The position numbers and the translations under genes are program-made. Shown here piece after piece: positions 24,171 through 35,467 of a DNA stretch of 64,000 bases; position 1 is the stretch's first letter, and each line of letters begins with the position of its first letter. The notes under the pieces are model-generated. The model searched no databases. It was not told the DNA's origin and saw only the letters and a program-made list of their open reading frames with translations. Source of the DNA: Haliotis rufescens (taxonomy: Eukaryota); NCBI RefSeq assembly GCF_023055435.1, contig NW_025963891.1, positions 19,344,001-19,408,000 on the forward strand, read 5' to 3'.

Positions 24171-27100
24171 TACCTGAAGCTGAAGTTAAACTCTAATATA
24201 AATAGTTTTTAACATTGACAAAGATAAAGAGATAATCATGTTAACATATAATACCATAGTTCCTGTGCTCATTCAGAAGAAAATAAACTTCTGCAACCAC
24301 ATGAACATGAAACGATTTACATTTGTCTAATTCCACCGACTGCATCGCAGCTGTAATATACTTTTCAGCTTAACTCGGATATATGAAGACTTCAATTGCT
24401 ATTTACTACGGGTTATTTCACTTTGATTGATTATTGAGCTAAGATTACTTATAGTTTTAGCATATTGATACATTCCTTATGATTATACACGTATTTCATT
24501 TTCTCCAGACGGTTCAGATGAGTAATATCACGAATTAAATACAAATCCAATCTGACCAGATTAATGATTCGAGATGTCTAAAATTATTCGTTGATGTCTA
24601 GAGAGGTAAACCCTGACAACGAACAGTGCAAACCGAATATATATTGATGTCCAAAAAGGTTAAACAGCTACTCTCGATGGTCACTGTTGTGTGACATTTT
24701 GTCCAGGAAAAGATTCTACCGAAATTGGTTGAAGAACATTGCTTGCCGATTATGAATTTTGTGGATGCACGCGTTTGATTATCATGCACATACTATGAAT
24801 AATGTTTAAATTAATTCGAGTGATCATCTCTGCAGTGTTTTCTGGCAATATGTAGCCAAAGTAATTGGTACTAGCTTCAATTACTCCGTACACATGTACA
24901 GTAAAACCTTGTTAACTTGAATACCAATGTAATGATATAGTACCGAGAGAGCCGTCATCAACAGTTTGGTGTCAGCACACCCCTTGTTTCGAACTACGGA
25001 CAAGTCGATTTAGGTTTTTCGAGTTAAAGAGGATTTACTGTATCAAACAATGGAGGCATCAAGACTATTCTGTGTTAAAGGGATGATCTTGTTTGATGTT
25101 AAAGAACGACCTTCATAGAAATGACTTTAACCATACGTTGACAGTGGTAACATATCGCCGCGAGGGTCCATGATGATAGTGTAGAGGTTTAGAGAAAAAG
25201 CCCATAACATCTACACCTAGATTAAGAGGTCGAAATTAGCCTTGGATGTAGAGCTCTGGGAATCTATAGTACGACTGGCAGAGGGATACACGGAAGCCTT
25301 GAAACAGTCTTCTAGAGATTCTTGTGCCACATTGTATCTTCAAATGCCTATGACTAGGATGTCACTTGGTGCTATGTACTGTGCACATGTCACAAGTCGG
25401 GCAAAGGTAAGTGAAGTTGGTCTCGGAGAGTAGGTGGATGGAGCGACTCTTGAGAGTTTCTAAGGCTACAGTTGTGCCCCCGGACTTATAATCCATGTCA
25501 TGATCCACACATAACATAGACTGAAGGAGAACATGTAAATACTGTAAAGGTTCAATCGGGTCAGTTTCAATCTAATGTCAGTCCCATGTGACCAAAACTA
25601 GACAGGTGTCCGGGGATGTCGAGGGAGGACTTCAATTTCACTGTACACTAAAGATTTAATGTGTATTGATGTTCGTGAAATTCATTCAATTTGGTTTCTC
25701 TCAGGACATGATCACTTCAACACAATTGTCTCCTAGGAATGAGTTAACTTTACAGGCAGACAGATGATAGACTTCCAGAAGGGGATTTAAAGGTTCTTTG
25801 AAACTGTTTGAAACTTTGGGCAAAACTGATGTTGATACCCACATAGTGATGTGAACAAGTCACAGTGAATGTACCAAAAGAGAACTACATTTGTTGAATC
25901 ATCAATTCATATGAGACATGTGGAGAACATTTTGAAATCTGACACATCATTGTAAAACATAGGGGAAAATCTAGGCTTTCTTTTCTCTTGCATTGACAAA
26001 TTATGTTTAAAGTTTAGTGTGTTAACATTGACTATTTTGTTATGCAAGACTTGCGTTACGGACAACGAAGTAAGAGAAATTAAGATTCTAATGACTTGTT
26101 CAACCGCAACGTGATGTACAATTTTGTTGTGCATGGCAGTGGATGATCTATGATTCTTGTTTCCGTCCTTGTTTATAAATATAAAACAAACATCAAGGTC
26201 GAGAATAATATATTTAGTAACACTTCTGTTTCCACTTCTAACGCTACTCCTATCTAACGTCGAGGAAGTAACGCGCAGTGTACCACTTTAAGGGTTGTAA
26301 AGGTGAGACGCGAAGGTTTTCAAAAAGCCACAAAATCGTTTTCGCTTCAGTCAGACTTATAAGTTTGTTTGAACAAAGAGTAATATCCTGAATTTCGCCT
26401 CATTGATTTCGCCACCTGGAATCACACGTGACTCGTAATGTAAAGTGTGTCAGTTAAAGGAGCAAATACCGTTCGAACGGCTCGTCTAATTGATCCTTGA
26501 GGATTTTGTTTAGCCTTACATTAGGCAATCCCAGTTGTGAATTTCGGTCTTCACACTTTAACAGCTTTAGAGATTGTGGAGCAATGGGGTATGTTACTTG
26601 AAGTAAAGGAGAGAAGGCAGATTTAATCTTGGCGTCTGAACGTCACCCACCAAAACACTGACCACAGCTTGAAGAGTGGTAATTTCCTATCAACTGTACA
26701 GTGTTTATCAGTCGTCGCGATCGAAGTCATTCTTGTTTTATGTGTCTTACAGTATGCACATAGAACGGTGTGATTTTATTGGTTAAGTCTCTTTAAGAAC
26801 CAGACGTCTCATTAGTGTATGTGTAGGTAAATTAGAAAAGTTTGGACGTGTGCTTCTTGTGTTTGGGTGGTAAACGATATTGAAAAATGGAATCAAAAGT
26901 CCTCTTTCATAATTTGATTGCTGGAACTAGCTTCAATCATTGCATCCAATACCAGGTACACATAGCTGGGGAGACTTTAGAAGGGTGTAGAAATGGGCAT
27001 TCCATTTCTTTACAAAGGCGAGCAAGTAGTCTTAGACCTCAACAAGACGCGAAAGTGCTTTCGTGTACATTAATTTCCTTCGAAGAGTTTGCATTATGAC

Positions 27101-27991
27101 CGAGCTCTTTCATCTACTCGCTCCAGGTGATCTAGACTCTTATCCATGCACTGTGTGTAATACGAAGATATCCGCTGCATTGTCAGTGGGTTTTATTGCG
27201 TCTTGACCAGTCAGTCTAGTGATCGATATTGTGAGCAACGATCCAGGGTACTATGACACACAAACAACTAAGTCCCACAGCCTGAGAAACCGATCAATAA
27301 AGTTTTTTATTATAATCGACATGGTTGTTGAGGACCGGGAATCCCCACGTGGTTTTAGAAACAATTTACGTGAAAAAAACGGGAACGTCTCGCTTAAAGG
27401 GACATACTTCTATAATGACAGATCGCCTTTGTGGTCAAGTAGATAAAGCGTCTGCCCGGAAAGTGGAGAGGTCAATGGTTGTGCCTTACACATCGCATGG
27501 CATTTCGTTTAGGATTCTCAACTCGCTACGGCTTTGCACACAGGGCATTATTTTCAGGGGAAACATTTTATCATACTATGGAGTGTTAAAGCTTTTTTAT
27601 TGGCAGTGTGAGATAAAATATGTTGCTCTGTAATTGATATGTGCAATAGCATCTTAATGATTGAAACAGATACTCATTGTTATTCTGATAGCAATTGTCT
27701 TGCGCGTGCGAAATTGACAAGGCGCCAGTCGTATCCCATTCTGTCAAGCTCCTCGAGCATTGTGTTCGAGCCACCAGGATTCATTAAAAATGTGTACACA
27801 TATATTTATCAGTTTAAAGTATTTTAAGTACAAAAGCAGAGTTGGATAAAGCACTTTACAGAGCGGTCTTTGTCCTTTACAGGATATATGGTTGGTTTTA
27901 GAGTTAAACCGCACCCGTGGGTATCACCAAATTGGCAAATATCTACGAACTGCATCACTTTGGGACTTCTCCCAACAGTAATCTCAAACGT

Positions 27992-28358
27992 AACAAATGT
28001 TATATTTGGGATAACACTTTCTTAGTAAAGTACAGATTCTCGTTCTTTTTTGGGTTGAGTCCCGTCCGGGATTCGAACCCACACTTGCCAGAGTGAGGCA
28101 CCTAATCGCCAGCACACAAAGTCAGCGATCTAAGTTAAACCCACTCAGCCACCGAGGCTTCCACAAAAAATGAAAGTCCGACAACTGGTAGCCTAGATCA
28201 CGTACTTTGAGTACCCCTCTGACAAGTGTAAATTGGCACGGCTCCCATGGCCGAAAGCTATGAAAGCTATGAATACACTATACTTTACTAAGAAAGTGTC
28301 ATCCCAAATATAACATTTGTTACATTTGACCACTTTCTAAATGGCATTGTGTATTCAT
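27992..28358. mobile_element. ~370-bp composite insertion: inverted repeats, antisense tRNA-like module, 15-bp target duplication
   Basis: agtaatctcaaacgt repeated at 27977 and 28359; ~41-bp inverted repeats at 27992-28032 and 28281-28321; minus-strand A box tggctgagtgg and B box ggttcgaatccc; empty site near 47687-47702. Confidence 0.8.
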
Positions 28359-28799
28359 AGTAATCTCAAACGTCGTTATATAACCGAAATATTGGCACTC
28401 CTCGCTCAATGATGTACTTGAAGCGTTGTTGTCTGTAAGCATAAATTTTATGTATTCCAATTATTTATTCTTTCATCCGTGGAAACAAAGTATTAAAACC
28501 GATGGATTTCATTGATAATGATCTACATGTAGCATCGAAAACTAAAGTAATGAGTACTTGCCGTATTTGGTAATATCCCCAGGCAATTTGTACTCAAACA
28601 CTTTCAGGTTATTGGACACAATAAGAAATGACAGGTGTCATGAACCCAGTCTAACTGACCAATTAGCATCTGACAGTTTTACCCATTTACACCCTCGTTA
28701 ATTCCATTGTGGCCTCTCGACAGTTCGTGAATTGTGAATCTGGAAAGTGTTATTCACAGGGTACATTGTATGTTGTTTGAATATAGGTTATCAGAGGCG

Positions 28800-28953
28800 A
28801 TGGAACAGCCTTGTGGTTAAAGCATTCGCTCGTCACGCCGAAGGCCTGGCTTCGAATCCCCACATGGGTACAATGTGTGAAACCCATTTCTAATGTCCCC
28901 ATCGTGATATTGCTGGCATATTTCTAACATGCGGCGCAAAACCAAACTCAATC
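28800..28953 (+). mobile_element. tRNA-headed SINE family C (shared insertion with 48127-48285)
   Basis: Same element at the same site in X copies 2 and 3. Confidence 0.8.
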
Positions 28954-28954
28954 A

Positions 28955-29210
28955 TTGACAAGGCGCCAGTCGTATCCCATTCTGTCATGCTCCTCGAGCA
29001 CTGTGTTCGAGCCAACGGCTTTCATTAAAAATGTGTACACAGATATTCATCAGTTTAAAGTATTTTCAAGTCCAAAAGCAAAGTTGGATAAAGCACTTAA
29101 CAGAGCGGTCTTTATCCTTTACAGGATATATGGTTGGTTTTAGAGTTAAACCGCACCCGTGGGTTTCACCAAAGTGGCAAATATCTACGAACTGCATCAC
29201 TTTGGGACTC
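28955..29210 (+). repeat. ~255-bp direct duplicate of 27715-27970
   Basis: ttgacaaggcgccagtcg...tgcatcactttgggact occurs twice; absent at the paralogous site near 48275. Confidence 0.9.
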
Positions 29211-30861
29211 AGTCACTTAAGATTATCGGCTTTTCACTTTCTGTGAATTGGAAAACGCATGAGGACTGAGTCTGCCTTGTTTGCCTTGTGATCACTGAGA
29301 GCATTATATGTCGATATCGATTGTACATGGTTTTGCTCTCCTTATTTGTAGCCATGTTTGCTGAAGAAAACAGAGAAATGAGTCAACGTTGGGTATTTTG
29401 CTCCAAAAATAACATTTAAATTACAGAGCTTGACTCATGACAGTATTGTCCTTCAGATAGAATGAGGGTTGCGGGTTAGAACAGGTCCAAAACAACCTAT
29501 ACTTGTACACGGCGACTAAATGGTGCTCGACTGATTGTATGCCATCGTATCCCGACGACAGGGAGGTTGCTTTCAACATCAAAGATTCCATTTTTTCTCC
29601 AGGTCGTTGTCCTTTAGATGTAATTGTTGTTGATTGTGGCGTTACACAAACACACTGACAGATACAATACATCGGAATGTGCAGGCTATTTGGCTATGAT
29701 AGTTTACAGAAACGTTCCGATTTTTCCTCTGAGATCTATATTGGTTGCTTCCCTTTATTAATCTTGCACACGACAGATCAGTGTCATGCATATTCATATG
29801 AAAAGTCACTGTGTCGCAACCAACGTTCACAGAGGTTATCGTGTCAATGAGGATACATGAGGTCAGTGTTATATCTGTAACGATGATGACCAAATATAAT
29901 CAAACTGAGTGTGGCGATGCGCTCATGTGACCAAGGGGAGCTGAGCTGTTTTTGTTGAAGGCATTTGTTACTTCTTCCCTTTCGTATTTTCCTATACATA
30001 CATCACCGGCCGCATCTATGATTTAGCAAATTATAAATCATCAGACCGAGGACAATCCTGAACAACGGAGATTTTAAGACTATAGTTTGTTCCAGACTAG
30101 TCTGCAAATTGAGTGTAATTGTCTGGTAGTCTTAAACCAAGTAGAAATGCATAAATAAATCTCAGAACGGTACGCTCTTCAGCTTTACCATTGCACCATT
30201 TTACAGATATAAAGGGAAGCAACATATATTATCATAACATCCCGATCCCGTTAGTCGCCTCCTACGACAAGCATAATCGCCTTTTAGGGCAAGCATTCAT
30301 TGCTGAGACGTATTTTACCCCGGATCTTCACGGGGCGAATATAAAATGGTTTCAAAATAAAACAATTCATAATATCCACACAACAAATAATTTTTACAAA
30401 ATATTGAAAAAAATCAACAGTAACTCGTATGTTTTGTGAATGTGCTCAATATATTCACAGTGTATACGCAATATATTACATTAAGGATATAAAACTTAAA
30501 ACAAGTATCATTCAATATACCTGGTACAGGGAAATAGTGAACCACGCATTGTGTTGTAAAATGTACTGTTTATTCAATGGCGCACACGATGTAAAATGAA
30601 ATCGAAAATATGAAGATTAAACAAAATATCTAAAAATAGATCAGGTATACATTGAAAATGTAGATCACAACACGTTTATAGAAATGTCAGTTTTTAGGTC
30701 TGCATTACAACCCAACAATGTGAGAAACAGCAAAATCTACAGATTGAAGCCATGATATGGTGCCGTCTTTTTGTCAATATTTTTTGGTTGGCAAGTCGCT
30801 CCTCCAGCTGTTCCTTCTTTCTATTCTGTTGTCCGAAAGAGCCACATGGGGTCAGTTGGAG

Positions 30862-32367
30862 TGAGTGAGTGAGTAAGTGAAATTTAACGTCCCATCGGCA
30901 TTATTCCCTCCATATCGCGACGAGACCAAGTTTAATATGTTATCTGTGCAAAATAATATTTAAAATCAATTCATGCATACTATATTTAAAAACAATTATG
31001 AAACATATTTGAGCATAACAATATAAAACAGTTTTAAAACACGGGCTATAGGCCACCAGTTACCAAAGCAAGGCCACCTCGCTGGGGATCATGGGGACTG
31101 ACAGTACCTCGGCTTCCTGCATGACACCACAGCAGGATTTACGTCATCACTTTAGCTACTGGTGGTTGTTTATAATACTAGCCAATTTTAAAAATTGTCA
31201 GCAATGAGTTGGCTTAAAAACACTGGTTGATGATAGTAACATCGATTATGATAGGATTGTGTGTCACACACGGGGACAATATTTATACGCTACGTTAACC
31301 TCCTGGACAGAGCCTTCAATAAAGTCAGTTGGTAATAGCATCACACCAAAATTAAAAACAAGCATTTAATTATTCACATACACATTTAAAATTTATTATA
31401 TAGACCAATTTCTTTCAAATAGCTGATAATGAGATGCCCGCTGACACGGGAAAAGAGATCTTTCAGATTTACGCTTTGATAATGTGAAACCCTTGCGACT
31501 GCAAAGTCCACACAATCAGGCAATAAATACTTGACGGTGAACCTTTCATCACAAGAGATACACTTAGGAGGTTCGTCCTCATCTGTCTTAAGCAGATATT
31601 CGTGTGTGAACCGACTGTGGCCAATACGATACATTGGTTATAAGATTGTTGATATACTAAAGGATTAGTTTCTGACTTTTTTAGCTGGGTTAAAGTGAGG
31701 TCTATTTCTTGCTTCACCATCTGCCAGGGAGGAGAAGACAGAAGACGGTAAGGTGATATAATATTTAGATCTATAATTTTAGCTGCAGTGATGTGTGGTT
31801 GAATTCCGATTCCAAGTGGTGGTTGGTTGGTTGGTTTGTTGTTTAACGCCGCACTCAGCAATATTCAAGCTATATATGACGGCGGTCTGTAAATAATCGA
31901 GTCTGGACCAGACAATCCAGTTATTAATAACATGAGCATCGATCCACGCAATTGGGATATGATGACATGCATGAACCAAGTCAGCGAGCCTGACCACCCG
32001 ATCCCGTTAGTCGCCTTTTACGACAAGCATAGTCGCCTTTTACGGCAAGCATGGGTTGCTGAAGACCTATTCTAACCCGGAATCTTCACGGGTCCCAAGT
32101 GGTGGAACCAGGTTTGATAGATTTCGAAACAGGTTTTCATATTGAGGGTGGAAAGCACATGCTGGATTGGATTTATTTGAATGAAATTTAGTAATGTATT
32201 GCAGTGAAAGTTTAAAGCGGCGCAGTTCGAGTGAAGGTTCATCGGCCTCAACATACCAACTGTCCACGGGAAAGGTCCTAAAAGCTCCAAGACAGAGCCT
32301 TAGGCCTTGATGGTGTATTGTGTCTGACTTTTCTACATTGCTTTTGCAGGCTCCACCATAGACAGTG
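30862..32367 (-). mobile_element. 5'-truncated I/Nimb-group LINE with internal deletion of RNase H
   Basis: 'HQGLRLCLGAFRT.P.DS.YVEADEPSLELRR.KLSLQY', 'RIGHSRFTHEYLL...C..C...TVK..L.DC'; 3' tail (ACTC)n; 14-bp TSD ggggtcagttggag at 30848 and 32368. Confidence 0.88.
31823..32094 (-). mobile_element. SINE family A nested in the LINE
   Basis: TSD ccaagtggtgg at 31812 and 32095. Confidence 0.93.
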
Positions 32368-33209
32368 GGGGTCAGTTGGAGGATCGATGCCTAAGTGAAA
32401 CTGTTCGGATTTGAATTATGAAATTAATGAAATTAAATACATTGGGGTGACTGGCAGTGACGAACTACCTTGCATGACAGACCGGTACAGACTAGGAATA
32501 GCCTTGTATATGGTCGTTATGATAGGGAAATGATTTTTTTCGGAAAACACATAGATTACTTATATATGCTCACATTATGATAAAATATTTGTCAGGTGAA
32601 AGCAATTCACATACTGGTAATTTACGTGTCTTGGCTGCATCACATTTCTCATCCTGAGTTAAGGTCACCTATCAAGAGTGAAACAGACTATAGCCTTGAA
32701 ATCACCGGGCCGTTAATTTTAATCTCTCAAGCCTGCCGGCAAAGTGAGAACAAACCGTCTCCTCGAATCTTCAGCGCCGTCTGGTTCTGGAGAATACAAT
32801 CACAGCATGCAGTTAATCTATAACTTGAAAGTTTACTGACGGAAAAGAGTAACTGTGCTTCATATAAAAAAAAAAATGATTGTATTCTGAAATTAGATAA
32901 TGCATCTTTCAATACATATTCATGAAGACATCTCTCTGACTTTAATTTCGTGATTCACAATTTGGATGTTTGCGTGTTTGTTGGGCATGATACTAACACT
33001 CGTGAACAGCACATAATGATCGTTTAGATATCAGGTGCTCATTAAACACATTTGTTTAACCGTAAATAACCCTTACGCAATGGCACAACTTGCTGAAAAT
33101 TAACATCTACGCGCTGTGAATATGCTGCAAACAGGAATGGCGATAAACGAAGTCGCCAGACATTTCAAAGGTAATAGAAGGTAATTATTCCTGGGCTGAG
33201 ACCAATTAA

Positions 33210-33630
33210 TGACACAACCGTTCTCAGCCGGTTGAGGGAACAACACACCCGGCCCGGACGTCTAGTGATACGCCCAATTTTGCTTCTACGTCGCCATCAG
33301 GCACGCCTTGCTTGGTGTAGACAGCATCTGGGATTCAGAAGACAAGACTTGGACAGTATACTATTCACAGATGAGTCCAGGTTTCATATGTTCAGCTCTG
33401 ATGGTCATGCAAAAGTTGAAGATCAAGATCGTTCAAGATCATGTTGTACCCTTTGTGCAAATGCAGGTACGTAACGTTAAGTTGCAGCACGTCAAGTTGC
33501 AGCACGATAATGCCCACATGTTGCACCTGTTGTAACAGACTTTTTTTAGGCAGCATAACATTGCTGTACCGCCACAGCCGGCAGTTTCCTCAGATCTCTT
33601 CCCCATTGATCATGTCTGGGATGAAAGTAC
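33210..33630 (+). mobile_element. Tc1/mariner relic (unit 2)
   Basis: 'RRHQARLAWCRQHL..RRQD...ILFTDESRF', 'LQHDNA', 'PIDHVWD'. Confidence 0.9.
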
Positions 33631-33902
33631 CGTTACCCTTTTTGTTAGTATAAACAAACCAATGGATTAGGTGATGTCTTCTGGAAAGGGCCGTGATTCC
33701 AACAAAAGAACAATTTTCTCCAGATGGTTACCATGTCGCTAAATGTGATTCTCATCGATAATTACGGACCTTTTCAATGTTCTGCGGACATCTATGTTCA
33801 AAGAGATCACACGTATTTTTACAAATCAATGTTTGTCAGTTTCCCCTTACACCACATGTATGTTGAGATGACTTTACAAGACGTGATACCAACAGGTCGG
33901 GA

Positions 33903-34160
33903 GACCCGTGAAGATTCCGGGGTAGAATAGGTCTTCAGCAACCCATGCTTGCCGTAAAAGGTGACTATGCTTATCGTTAAAGGCGACTAACGGGATCGGG
34001 TGGTCAGGCTCGCTGACTTGGTTCATACATGTCATCGATCCCAATTGCGTGGATCGATGCTCATGATATTAATCACTGGATTGTCTGGTCCAGACTTGAT
34101 TATTTACAGACCGCCGTCATATAGCTTAAATATTGCTGAGTGCGGCGTTCAACAACAAAC
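33903..34160 (+). mobile_element. SINE family A inserted in the left TIR
   Basis: Full-length copy. Confidence 0.92.
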
Positions 34161-34868
34161 CCAACTGGTGTCAATGCCCCTAACTGATAGAATAAACTGG
34201 TCCTGTGTGGCTATATAAACATGCGAGTTTTGTCCGTGCGTCGTCTGTACTACTTTTTCGCCTGATGGTGGGTATAAAAAACATGTCAATGTTCATTACG
34301 AAAAAAACCTTGTTTCATTCATCAATTCAAAAATGACCTGAAATGTACTTTGTCATCCCCTCCCTCTGTCCACCATGCTATCTCCACTGCCACTTTCTAG
34401 ATCCTGCTCCTCCTCCTCCATATAATCGCCAGTTTCCGTAAGGAAATTACTCAACGCATTTCTGTTGCGTGTGGTTCTTTTCCACTGGTAGTGGATGTCA
34501 TCAGTACTCTGTAAATGAAGGTTCTATATAATGAATTGATTTAATGGGTTTCCAAAGGCATATATCATAATACATTATGATGTAAACTACAAATATGTAA
34601 TTTAAAGAAAATTTTTGACTGAATATTGCCACATTTTAATACGTCTGTATAACCCTTAAAACAAACTGGAATGCTTTTAAGTTTCTTCTAGATGCTTTCC
34701 ACGTATAGGGCTATCGTCATTTTGGTGGACTTTTCCGACCCTCTGCCTTCTTTTTGCGTAATGAAGATTGTCTTCAGTCTGGGTCTTCCACCTTTTTCTA
34801 GAAGATTCTCCTTAATCATTATTTTTCTGAAATGTCACTATTTTCCTAATAAACATACGCAAAAATAA

Positions 34869-34869
<1 letters not shown>

Positions 34870-34910
<41 letters not shown>

Positions 34911-34912
34911 TG
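34870..34912. repeat. (TG)n microsatellite
   Basis: Directly visible. Confidence 0.95.
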
Positions 34913-35467
34913 TTTGAGACAGAGAGACAGTGAGAGAGGGAATGGCGTATATATAAATACCTATATTTTCTAGTGTTGTTTTGTTGCAATGATGTGCCAC
35001 TGCATTATATCGGGATCTAAGACGTGATTTCCGTCCATTCCTTTTGGGTGCGGTGTGCCAAGGGCTTGCCTCTAAATGCTTGCTTTGTCTTAGCCAAGAC
35101 CTCCATCCTGCTATCTCTTGTGACAGGGAATTGTCAGTGACTGTTTGAAATGGTACTGACAACTCAGCACCAACTGTTTTCATCTGTTATCTGTTATCGG
35201 GGTATCAATGGGTCTTAAAGGTATTTCATATGTTGTGATATACTATCAATTTTACCAAGTTTTAATTAATTTAAAACACATAATGTAGGTTTAATGTACC
35301 GGAATCATGCATATAGTAATGTTTTCATTTTTTTCCAAATTAAAAAACCGTATTCCAATTAACATTTTTACGATTCTTTTAACGAAACCCGTACATCGAT
35401 CGCAAACTCTGGTTGCACCAATTTCAACATCGTCTCATGTAAGTACCCAAACTTCTCCTGAACCGCT

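Larger units (their letters stand above)
24200..29926 (-). pseudogene. GPCR pseudogene X, copy 2
   Basis: ATG at 29926; collinear with 43865-49485; 'GENEIRV' near 24495; TM3-like 'FMWLQKFIFF*M' at 24270-24305. Confidence 0.55.
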
